Part shown: positions 34,100 to 45,769 of the stretch, one piece after another
Layout of the letters: every line of letters begins with the position of its first letter
How positions within the stretch are numbered: the stretch's first letter is position 1
Origin: Basidiobolus meristosporus CBS 931.73
Lineage: Eukaryota; Fungi; Basidiobolomycota
NCBI GenBank assembly: GCA_002104905.1
Contig: MCFE01000361.1
Location: forward strand, 23,327 to 87,326
Direction of reading: 5' to 3'
Length of the DNA: 64,000 bases
Notes under the pieces: model-generated
What the model saw: only the letters and a program-made list of their open reading frames with translations
What the model was told of the DNA's origin: nothing
Databases searched by the model: none
Made by a program: the position numbers and the translations under genes

Positions 34100-35700
34100 T
34101 TGACTGTGTTTTGACGGCCTCATTGCAAGTCTCTGGAAGTGTTATCATGGCAGTATGGAAGCCTACAGCTAGTTCTTTATAATGCTTCCATATCATTTAC
34201 CAAATGGTATTTACTTTTTCTACCTTGCCTTGTGCAGTTCATATTTTCCACTTTAGAACCACCCCTCTTAATTTGCTTACCCACTACTACCTTGGGTATA
34301 CCACATATAGTTCAAATCAAAAAAACCTATGGTCTCCTGCTGACTAACCTCTACAAATGCGCACACCTGCCGCATTTGACATACTTCAATCACCTCAACT
34401 TTACAGCTTTTAGTGTGATACTTGCAAAGTTGCCATATACCTTGTACTGCTGGTAGCATATATATCTGGCAAACATATGCTTGGTTGCTGTCACTTCTGC
34501 CATGAATACCTCCTGAGTATCTGCCAAGAGCTTCTGGGTATTTAGCCAATATATTCCTTCTCCCTGCTGGAGTCTAGTCTCCCTTATGGGTGTGCTCTGG
34601 CACTTGTTTATGTGAATTCTGTATTGAATGGTGTAGAAGTCAGCTTGTGATCAAGAGAAATCTGGCATACCTTGATAGAGTTTTGCTAATAAAAATTAGT
34701 TGCTTGTTGCACCCAACCCAACTTTGCATTACTTAACAGATTACCCACACATTGGTGCAGCTTAGCTTCTTAATGCCACAGGCATAGGTGTCTCCATGTG
34801 CACATCTGTCTTCAGTTTATTTCAACTCTTCCTGGCTGTCTTCCATATGCCAACTCATCACAATCATACAGGCGTGAAGGTAATATTCTTGATGAATTTG
34901 GGATATAGTGGTACCTGCAACATGACTTGTCTTCCCATCTCCCCACACAACTGCTCCATAGGAAACTCCCAAAAGGTGAAGCAAGGCCCAATATTCTCCA
35001 CACACCAAGCAACATGGAGCGGGAATGGATACAGTAGCAGCACAGATATATGCTTTCAGCTTTATATTTGAGCTATAGCCACTCAAATCCTGTCAAAAAC
35101 TCCTTGCACAACAGCTGTAGATGTGTCAAGTTGATATTGGTGATCTGCTTCTGGATAAATATTCCTACAATGTTCCCATATGACTCCCAATGCCTCCAAT
35201 ATACAGTTAGTAGGAATAACTTCCAAACACCACATGAATAAATACATATCTTACTCATCCAGTCTTTACATTTGTATTGTTGCATATGCATATGAATACT
35301 GATTGGAGCCTTTGAGGAGTACTTAGGGTAGCAAATACTCTGTAGTATCTTGCCAACTCTTTCAAATTTCTCTGGTATCTCAATGGGCTCATTTAGCTTG
35401 TAATACCCCATGTACAACTTGGTCATCAGTATAGGGATATTGTTGAAAAGCAAATGCATTGCTTCCAGTGGAAAGCTTTTGCTCCAACAGATACCCTCTA
35501 TCCCAAGTATCTCAGGTCTCCAATTGATTCCATATCTGGCCAATGGCCTATAGCTTGCCAACTTTGCTGCAATCCCTTTGAAAAATCATTGAGATGATCC
35601 TGTCAAAGGGCCATCACAAAGTTAAAGTCCCATGACTAATATTATATTGTATTAGCCCACTCTTCATTATTGCACTCTATGGCTTCACAGATCTTCAATG
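34100..35700 (-). pseudogene. CACTA/EnSpm (CMC) transposase remnant
   Basis: SKSFPLEAMHLLFNN, YKCKDW, YWRHW and frameshifted GPCFTFWEFPMEQLCG match fungal CMC transposase motifs. No termini found. Confidence 0.75.
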
Positions 35701-35949
35701 TCTTTTGATTTTTAAGCTTTGGTATATACACCACATTAGACTTGTTCCATTGTGCCATTGATCATAGTGCCAGAAAGTGCTGTATATTTTATTATTAATT
35801 TGATATTTTAGGGTCAGAAGTATGTCAATTTTGATCCCAAATTGGCACTGTATGGCACCATCTGGCACTCTGTGACATGATCAGGCACCATCTGGCATGC
35901 TAAGGCACTGTTGGGCAGTATGATCAGCTGGAATGATGGCTCAAGTCCA

Positions 35950-37430
35950 TTATCTCCCTCCCACACTGTGATAGGCTTCTGTGTGGGCTTTATATTTGGG
36001 CACTGTTGTTGTGCTTCAAAGACTGTACAGTGTTCCTCTGCTGTTACATTGAGAAATGGCTCAATTCTTGGCTCTGACATTGAGCTACTTGAGGTCCTTC
36101 TTTATAGCAAAGATACTGCTTTCTCTACCTGGGATATTGATTGCTCTACATCTATTTGTTACAAGTCTTAGTATGAGAGTTGTAGAGGAATAGGGAGTTT
36201 AGCTAGTATTGTATTCACTAAAACTTGAACTGTTTTTTATTGAGGTTAAATACTTGCTAATATGGGTGGTGGTGATGTTATCATGGCCACTTGCTGATCT
36301 GCAACTGAGGGTACTGCGTTTGCTACATTCTCATCTGCCTGAGCATGATGGTCAGCTTGTGGCTCCACAGAGGTTCTCAGTTGCCTACTTGACTAAGAGC
36401 CTGAGGAGTTTGCATTATTACCTTCAATGGGCACACTGTCCACAGGGCCTTTTTTGGATGTAGCCCTGCTTGTTGCACTGAGTGTCAAAGCAAGCTGTTG
36501 TCCAACTTTTCTTCTGTTGCTGTCAGCAGTGGGGTTTGGTTGAGTACCAGACTACTGTACTTTATTTTTTGGTGGCATTTATATGGAAGTGAGTCAAACC
36601 AATGGGGAAATAGTGTTAAATATACGCGTGCATGTGGTGCCACAACTTTACTTATAATGCTTACCTTGGTGTGTCATCATTGAATCTTACATTCATGTAG
36701 GTGCAATGTTTCAAATACAAGATTGTCTTAAGTTCACATGGGTATTGATCAAAAAGTGATATAATAGCATTACATTGTTGAAGGTTAAGCTGCTTGCCCC
36801 ATGAACAAGACTACTTTGACCCAATGACTTAAGAGAAGAGAAAAAAGACCATGTGGCTATTGTAACAAGCCTCTTAGCCATGAAGCATGCAGACAGCATA
36901 GGAAGTATCACAAGGATCACAGCCAGTGTTTTCCCACACAAGTAATATTTGACCATTCATTGGTCACTACAGTACCAACATTATCTTGCAGCCAGTTGAT
37001 ACTTCTATAATGGCACCTGGCTGTCTTTGTGACCTTGCACAAACTGAGTCAGGTGAGTTTGTGACACCTTTAGGCTCACCTCAGCCTTCTGAATATGGAA
37101 TTCAGAGTGCTAGCTCTGACAAAGAAGGTTCACTGATGGATTTTGAGCCTATTGCCCCTAACAATGGTACCATGTATGAGCCCGGTCAAATCCCTATATG
37201 CAATGAGAAAACACCCATTGAAACCAATGCCAAGGATACTTTATGGAGCAAAGTGAGCCCAGTAATCCATTTATGGGTGAATGATGTAATGTTGGGGCTA
37301 TAAAAGTGGCATGTTTCCACTAATATCAGTAATGCAGGCATTGAGGATATATTACTATTTCTTGCCAAAATCATATTAGGATGCAACTTACCATGTATAT
37401 GGTACAAGTGGATTATTAGTGTTAATTGCA
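35950..37430 (-). repeat. Unclassified decayed coding repeat U, copy 1 (contains a gypsy-D LTR fragment at ~36157-36245)
   Basis: Colinear with 54000-55750. Shared relic frame (SLGQSSL..., TYMN.R.N.D.P, VKLWH, PIGL). Confidence 0.7.
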
Positions 37431-37439
37431 TCATCAGGA

Positions 37440-38865
37440 GACTGGCCAATGGTTTCTATGGCTTTGATTTCAATGGCTCTCTGATCTGAGTACTCCTCAT
37501 TAACCATGTCCTTGCACTTCATCAGCTTCTGGGTTTTGCCATCATACACTGTATACCCTTTGGTATCCTCACAATCCTCAAAAAAAATCCCTCTTCTACT
37601 CTTTGATTCCAACTTTGAGCTGTTTTTGTCAGGGATTTGATAAGAGACACTACTACCAGAGATCCTGAGGTACTGGAAGCCTAATTTTTCTGCATGTATA
37701 TGCTTCAAACAGTGTAAATAACATAGAACTACAGTTGGGCATCTATTCTTGATATATGGTGGTAGCAACAGATTCAGACCATAAAATGAAGTCCATTCCG
37801 TTATCCTGAAGAATAGATCTTGCCTTCTCTACTATTACTCTATTTGCACATTCTGCTACTTCAATTTGCTGTTGAGTCTGTCAAACAGTGGTCTGCTGAA
37901 ATATGCCAGTAGATGAGCAGTATTTTGCAAACTTTCTTGAGAGGTATTCTCCTCCATTCTCAATATTTGATATCTTCAATTTACACACAGTGAGTGCTTC
38001 TGCCATATTGCTGAAGTGCTAAACATTTTAAAGATTCATCCTTTGTTTTCAGGAAGTACACCCATGTAAATTTTGTCTTGTAATTGATAAACTTAATAAA
38101 ATATCCCTTAGCTCAAAGAGCAGTATTCTTATGGACCCACATATATCTGTGTGCATAATAGCCTACATTTTGGTAGTGTTAATGCCTCCTGAGCTCCTGA
38201 AGTGCTGCCTAGCCTGTTTGCCATATAAATATCCCTTACAAACACTCAATTTAATTGGAATTGCATAACTGAGGCCCAAAACAAGCTGATATTGCACCAA
38301 TTTGCTCATTCTCTGTTTCCTAATGTGTCCTAGCCTCCAATGCAGTCTTCCCAGTTGGTCTCATCAGTTTCAACAAAGTTGACATACTTGGGAGCAATGA
38401 ATCTATATAGTGACTGGTATATATTGTGATCTCTGATTCTCAAAGCTGATTTTTGTTTGTTTTCACTCAAAAATGCGCAGCTTGGCCTAGTAAAGACAAC
38501 TTTAGTCCCTGAGTAGTTGCTTTACTACCTGAGAGTAGTTTCTTAGCTATTTCAGGGACATAGAGTCTGTTAGCTAGTTCTGCTGTTGTTGCCCCTGTGA
38601 TATCACTCATTTTTAGCTGTTTAGATGCACTGGTGGGGGCACAAGTGCAGAGTTATCTCCCAAATAGCCATTTCTTACAAGAATAGTCTAAGTTTCTAAT
38701 CCACTCCCTTATGACAATAGGGGAATAATCATAGGACCTCAGATCTGAAGAAAGTGGCAAGATCTGGGTTGTAAGTTAGTCCTACAGTGACCAGGGCTAG
38801 TACAGAATTGCTAAGTAAGTTTTTGGTTGCTCAATGATATCAAATTGTCCAATATTTCAACAGAT
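37440..38865 (-). mobile_element. Ty1/copia family 2 fragment (integrase region and LTR part)
   Basis: IPDKNSSKLESKSRRGIF...DTKGYTVYD matches the element at 62571-63959. LTR segment ending TTTCAACA matches 61700-61831. Confidence 0.78.
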
Positions 38866-39630
38866 CTCTGGTTAAGCTTCTGTGATATTGCCGGAACTCT
38901 TGCCCTAAAGGTACCATCCCACCATCTATAGCAACAGATGTCCTAGAAGATCTCATTCTGAGCTGATAGCAACAGAGAACCACCTTGCAGAGGGTATGTA
39001 TGACTTACAACAAGCTTGGGCTAATAGGTTCAGAAGCTTCAATAGGCTTCAATACCTCAGGATGTTCAGCAATAGATTCCATGCTCTAAGTATTTTGGAT
39101 ACCTTCCCATCAATAATTCAAAGACCTTCCAGAGTGCACAGACACTTTTATGTTGGTAAATACAAGGCATGTTTTGTGTAGTTTCAAGCACTTTCTGACA
39201 TTGAGGGTAACATCATTTGGCTTAGTGAGCCATTTGCTATGAGTAGGCATGCTAAAGCATTTTGGGTTGCACATCATCCAGGATTAAGTAGAGGGAAGAA
39301 ATATATAGCAAATTTAGATTATATCAGTGAGGAATGTCAGTGATTAGGGTGTAATGCAGCTAATGGGATGCCTAGGGGTGGGGTGCATAGCAGGAAGCAG
39401 AAGCTATACAATGCAATTCTTAAACATTGCAAAATGAGAATAGAGCATACATTTGGATATCCAACAAAACACAGCATATTGGCAGATAAATACAGAAGAT
39501 GTTGTGTATAAGAGAAAGCAGCAGAACAGGTCAAATTGTCAGAATACTGGTTAAGGTGCAATATATTTGTACAAGAAGTCATCCATTGAGATAAATATGC
39601 TTGGGGCACTATGAAGAGTAAACAAAGCAA
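38865..39630 (+). pseudogene. Degenerate DDE_Tnp_4 transposase of element H2
   Basis: HLAEGMYDLQQAWANRFRS...ILDTFP...FYVGKYKAC...RIEHTFG, colinear with the H1 transposase, with stops. Confidence 0.85.
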
Positions 39631-39804
39631 GAAAAGCACCATTCTGAGCAGTATAAGTAAGATTGCATGAGATCACATGTAAGTGTATCAAATTGATGGC
39701 ATCAAGGTGGATATTATAGTTCCCAATAGTACTGAAGAGTGTCAGATCAATGCAGCATTATAAACTGACTGGTACTGTGAGAGACTATCCAACCGTATGA
39801 GTCT

Positions 39805-41090
39805 TTTTACATGGTTTTGGCATTGCACACATGTAGAATAGGTTTAGCAAGGTTCCAACTGTATGGACAAATTTGAAATAATCATGCTCTAAGTACCTTA
39901 TGTTTTGGTGAAAGTACTCTAAGTAAATCCAAACAAGGTATTTAGCAGTGTTGACAAAGTAATTCAACAAAACATCACGTGCCCAGAATGTGAAAATTTT
40001 TAGGATATCCAAGCAGTCTCAAACTTAGCACACATGAGCTTTAATCCTTCCTGCACATATTCTACATATTTGCAATGCCAAACATTGTAAAACTATAACA
40101 CAACTGCTACATTGCATGAATCATCAAGTTAAAACCACAAAATATACTTGTTCTCCCAATCATTGCCAATATCTCCAAAACTCTGACAACAGCTTATGTG
40201 CCCCAAACTGTCACTCTCTGTAGTGACTATGGCTATTACCAAAATTTCTCCCTTTAATTAAAGATGGATTGGCCTGACTACCAAGTGAAGAAGGTGAAGA
40301 TGAAGATACTAATGCCAGAAAGAGGCCAAAGGGATATCATCCTGAGGAGATAACTACCACCTAATGCTGTGGGAAAGGAGGCTTTCAAGTCCCAGAAGAA
40401 AGATCAAAGCTCCCTTAACTGCATTTGCCTTGACTTCAAGGTCATATTACTAATTCTTTACTTAATGGCAATAATAGCCAAGAATGCCTTGTACTAGCAG
40501 TCTTTTTATACAAGTTGTAGAGTAATATAGAGCTTAGCTAGTATTGTATCAATAAAATTTGAAGTAAAGTAATTGATTTGACTAATAACTGATCTAACTT
40601 GGACATTTCAGCATCAGATCATAACAATAGAAGACATTAGAAGACACCAATCATTAGTGTGCAGCCAACAATACAATGTATCTTAGACAAAAACTCCTTA
40701 TTACCTAGATGCTGTTCAAGGCAGAATTGAAAGGTATAATAAACCAAACTACCCTGTTGGTTGATGAGATAAATCTGTGGGCTTACCAACTATTGATGAA
40801 GATATAATAACCACCATCCTGAATAGCCTGACGTACAGGTTTCTGGGCCTTGCATCAGTCTTGGAGCCCCAAACTGATGATCTGACCTTCATTATATAGT
40901 TGGTAGGCTTCTGGACAAAGAACCAAAGGAAATGAGGCACTAATGAGAAGGAAAAGATACTTCAATAAGCCACCACAAGCAGCACAGATGCTACTTAAGA
41001 CCCTTTAAAGGCAACTTCAACCTTTAACACAGTAACTGAAAGAGGAAAGGAGTTTCATCCAACCAATGATTCAAAAAAAAAGATACTTTG
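39805..41090 (+). mobile_element. Copia family 1 relic: inverted LTR halves (minus 39805-39960, plus 39960-40191), PBS and decayed gag, with a ~130-bp gypsy-D LTR remnant at ~40495-40626
   Basis: LTR homology in both orientations; PBS GCTTATGTGCCCCAAAC at 40192; gag homology to elements A and B. Confidence 0.72.
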
Positions 41091-41109
41091 TTACTTTGTT
41101 AAAATACTT

Positions 41110-41400
41110 TGTTACAAGTCTTAGTTTAAGAGTTGTAGAGGAATAGGGAGTTTAGCTAGTATTGTATTCTATTGGAATTGAGAGTTTAGCTAGTACTGAA
41201 TTCACTAAAACTTGACCTGATTTTAATTCTGGTTCCAGCAGCTCCTTATATACATTTTTTCCAGATTAATTGCTGAATAATTGTATTTCCTAATGCAGAT
41301 TGTGGTTGACAACTCATCTGATTGCAACATCATCACCCAACAAGATACCACTTGACTAAAACCTGATCTGACTTGAGCATTTGAGCAGAAGATCATAACA
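41110..41400 (-). repeat. Short-variant solo LTR of gypsy family D
   Basis: TGTTACAAG...GATCATAACA; lacks ~110 bp relative to the 368-bp LTR and has a small internal duplication. Confidence 0.85.
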
Positions 41401-41439
41401 CTTGTACAGACCGGGTTCAGAGAGCTTATGATTCCATTA

Positions 41440-42945
41440 ATACATGGTCAACATTTTTCTAAATAATCCATTAGACCGCCCAGCAACACCATTAGTTCTA
41501 TGATGATATGCCAAGATTTTCAAGTGTCTGATGTGCTGCATTTCCAGGTAAGCTTCCAATGTTTTTGCCATAAAGTTTGCTCCTCTATTAGATAGAATCT
41601 CTACAGGGTATCCAAACTACATAAAGATCTCATGGTAGATGAAACTTGCAACTTCTTGTTTACTGGCTACAGGTACTGCTGTAGCCACTGGCCATTTAGT
41701 GGCATGGTAAATTGCTACTTGAATCCAACGGTTGCATTTCCTGGTAGTTTACAGTCTTCCAATAAAGTCAATTCTCCATCTTTCAAGTGGTTTTACTGGC
41801 ATCAAGGGAAAGAGTTTGGCAATTTTCTGTGGTTGGCCTTAGTTGATTTGGCAATTTGGGCAGTATTTGCTAGCTTCTCAATGTCTTGTTTTATTCTGGG
41901 CCACCATGCTCTGGCTTTTGCTGGTTATAGGTTCCTTCAGTTCCAAGATGACCATTTCCATTGTGTAGCTTATCTATTAAGTCCAGGCAAGCAACATAAG
42001 GGCAATAGGCAATAGGGCTCCCATCAACAATTTGATAGAGTGCTTCATCCTGTACCACAGATTTGCTTGCTTCATCTTGATTATCTTCTTGATTTTGTTA
42101 TCCACCTCATTAGGAATGGCTTGGTCCTCCAAGTACTTTGATTATAGGCTAGGTCAATCTGATTCATGGACCAAGTTAAGTTATGCAACTTGTGCGTATC
42201 TTGATAAGGCATCAGCAACCACGTTGTTTTTTCCGGGGCAGTAGGCAATTTCCAAATCAAATTGCTAATGTATTCCCTCCATCTTGTCATATTTTAAAGA
42301 GTACCTTCTGAGTAGATATATGCCTGAGGGATGCCTGATCAGTCTTCACAGTGCATTTGACTCCTTCAATATAGCATCTCCATGTCTTCTAACAGTGTAT
42401 TTTATCAAGCATCTCCCTCTCATGCACTGTACAGTTTTGTTCTGTTGAGTTCAGTTTCTTGGATTCAAAGGCAACTAGGTGGTCCTTTCCCTTGTATTCT
42501 TGGCTCTACACTCCACTAGCTGCATAATCCAAAGCATCTGTGCACCAAGCAAACTCTTTTCTGAAGTTGGGTATTCTCAAGCTTGGCAGCTTAGCAAGTT
42601 CAGTTTTGAGCATCTGGAAGGCAGTCTCACAAGTTATGTCCCACTTGTAGGTATTGTCTTTCTTGAGGATTTCAGTTAAAGAGGCTGCAACACTTGCAAA
42701 GGACTTGACAAATCTCTGATAATAGGAAACCAATCCAAGGAATGATCTGAGTTCTGATATGCTATGGGGCTGCTTCAGATTCTTGATCACTTCAACCTTT
42801 GTAGGGTCTAAGGTCACTCCAGTGCTAGTCACTATGTGTCCCAGATATTCAATGTGTTGCTTGAAGATTTCATTCTTGGCTAGCTTGCCGTAAAGTTTGT
42901 TCTCTCTTAGCTTCTTCAAGACCTTTTCAATGTGCAGAACATTCT
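41440..42945 (-). pseudogene. Decayed gypsy-D pol fragment (RT C-terminus, RNase H, integrase)
   Basis: [15 protein letters not shown]...TDALDYAASGV, colinear with D1 pol with many stops and frameshifts. Confidence 0.85.
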
Positions 42946-42949
42946 AGTG

Positions 42950-45730
42950 GGGTCACAGTGACACCCATAAGCAGATGTGCTCATTCCAATACGTTCATTT
43001 CCCTAAAAAGGATTACCCCCCCTTTATTAGTATCATCCCAAATTGCAATATTTTTCATCTGTTCAAGTGATAATTACTATGTGACCTGTCAAACTATTTG
43101 TCACTATTAACCCATTACACAAGCTGTTGCAATTCCATGCCAAGATGCCAAGATAAGATTGCTACCATATAAGGCAAGTACCCCCAGCAGTGCCTATGTC
43201 ATGTGATCATCCTGGATTTATAACCCTCCTATCCTACTACCATAGAAGGTAACTACATGACACAAAGGTTTCACATTACCACTATTTGATTGGCTAGGTA
43301 CCTCCATGTCTCATGGAACAGTCCACCAAGAATTTGAGCTATATTTAGTAGACAATGACATGATTGGCTGTCTACTACCTTCTGGAAACTTCTGGAAAGT
43401 ATTTCTAGCAACAATCTGAGCAGTAAAAAGTTAAAATAAATCATCCTTCTTCCAATATTCCAACTTATTGATTAGTGAGATCACTGCCACCTATTACCAC
43501 TACTTTCGGACTCAGACCTGACAATACTCCCAGGAAACCACGCAGACTGCCAACTGAACTTGGAGGCACTATTTGTGAGGAATACTCTGAGTAGGTATAT
43601 TTTATTATATTTGATTGTTTTCCCTAGTTTGTTCTTGTACAGGCAAAGATACTTTTCAGTCTTTGTGGCTATTGGTCAAAGCTGCATTCCTATCAAGTCC
43701 CTGTTGGTGGAGTGTACAGTTGTTTTGACTTTGGAAGCTTTAGTACACTGTCATCTCAAAGGATGCTGAAGCCATTGTAAACTTTTGTTAAGACACCAAC
43801 TAAGTTGGGGATTGTAGCTCAATAGTTTTCTCTTTGCAACCATGAGGCTTTATCCCCCTTCACATTAGATTAGACAAAAGACCCAGTATTCCTAGCAAGC
43901 TTTTGCCAGATGTTATTGCACCCAGTGAACACCCTACACATATTCACACTTGATAAGTGTTGGCTGTATTTTGCCCTTTGGACTTATACACCACCACACA
44001 ATTGGCACCCAATATAGGGGGTTCATACAAGCTCCCTAGGACCCAACAAGACTTACCTGAAGATTTGAGCCATCACCCACTTACTGAAAAGAGACTACCA
44101 ATATTATCAAGACTACAACACCAACCTACCTACCCAAAATGAACTATATGCCATTACCACTCTCACAAGGAGCCCCACACTTTGATGGAAAGAATGTCAA
44201 AAGCTTCATATTCAAATGGGAGAAGCTCTGCAAGGTGTACAGCCTATCTGTACAGGAAGTCAGTCACTTTAGAAGGACTTGAATTTCCAAGCTACAACTT
44301 GAACAGTTGATTCAACAGTATGAAGATACGGCAAAGCCACTCCTAGAGACCCAGGCTATAACTGAGCGTACCATGACACTTTACCTTGCTCAAGGGCTTC
44401 CCCAGGATTTAGCAAGGAAAGTTGACTTACATGCAGCCAAGTATGACAAGTCTGGCATTCCTTGCTTTGCAGAGATGAAATGTGTGCTCCTAGAGGCAAA
44501 GCAAACTTCCACCTTTATGAGACTCCTGACATCTAATCTGCCAGACCGGTCAACCAAGGAGCCAAAGAGTGCTGTTGCTGACAATCAGACCTACACTACC
44601 AACAGAATTGACCAACTTGCAGAGCAACTACAAAAACTAGCCCTTGACATTAAAGGCTCAGCTTAGGTAGCTACTGAGGGCCAAAGACCTTTGCCCAGAC
44701 ACTGCATTTGATGTGACTCTACTCAGCATGCCAGACAAGAATGTCAGAGCTTAGGCAGCTACTCAGAGAAGGAACAGTACAGTTTGATGCTGATGAATGC
44801 TTGCCAATAAGGAAGGAAAAAGGATTCCCACTAATTTCCAAAGAGGTTGGATGAGAGCCCTTTTCCAGAATTCTGACTCAGCAACCAGCAAGATTACTAT
44901 TGATGCCTCTATTGGGACTCATACAGTGAGTCCAAGCATCCCTGACAACAGAAATACAAAGTAGATGCCTTTGCTACCAAGAGACACCTTCCTGAAGAAC
45001 CTGTCAGACCCATCCTTAGAAGACCATGATTTGAAGAGCCTGTAGCTATTATTGACAAGAGGCCTGGTATCCCGCCCACCCAAGACCTATTGCCTCACTT
45101 TTAAATGACCTCAAAGATAGCAAGCTACTCAAGCTTGCAACTGATTACTCAGAAGCTGCTTAAGCTGAACCTCACTTTGTCTGATGGAGAAATCATGAGT
45201 GTTTCAACATCTGTTAGGAAGACCTTTGATGAGCAGCTTAGAACAAGACAACAAGCTGTTGAACATATGGACTCCTATATAATCCAGACAAACCATAAAG
45301 ATGACCAAAAGGATGGCAACTCTACCAAATACAAGACCTTTTACCCAGTTGCAACTGCTGTGGTGAAAGGGTATATATATGATGACCCTGTTGACTGCCA
45401 TACTGATAGTGGCTCAGAGATTTGTGTTGTGCCACTAGACTTTTGGAAGACACTTAGGAGCAAGGAGCTACTGCCTGTTGATATAGAGATTGGATGGCAC
45501 ATGACTGATGCAAGCTCAGGATCCAGTCCACTCTATGGTGTAGTGCACAAGTTACCTATTGAGGTACACGGAATCAAGGTCTGGCTTCCCCTCTTTATCT
45601 GCCAGAAGGCAAACCTTGACCTTCTGTTAGGCAGACCATGGGAGACCAGTACTAAGGCTACAACTACCAGTTACTCTGATGAGTCAGTTTCGTACGCTAA
45701 ACAAGGATCAAACCCAGGACTACAGTAAAT
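42950..45730 (+). mobile_element. Third gypsy family (F) relic: probable LTR (~42950-43523), gag and aspartic protease
   Basis: Gag start MNYMPLPLSQGAPHFDGKNVKSFIFKWEKLC; protease CHTDSGSEI...DLLLGRPW. LTR limits uncertain. Confidence 0.65.
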
Positions 45731-45769
45731 GTTCTGGGGGTAACACCCAACAATAAGAGGACACACACT

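Larger units (their letters stand above)
35738..39804. mobile_element. Second, decayed PHIS element H2 (inverted relative to H1), interrupted by repeat U and a copia fragment
   Basis: Left end AGACTTGTTCCATTGTGCC matches the ORF2-side end of H1. Right end CTATCCAACCGTATGAGTCT matches the transposase-side end. Transposase relic at 38865-39630. Confidence 0.72.
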
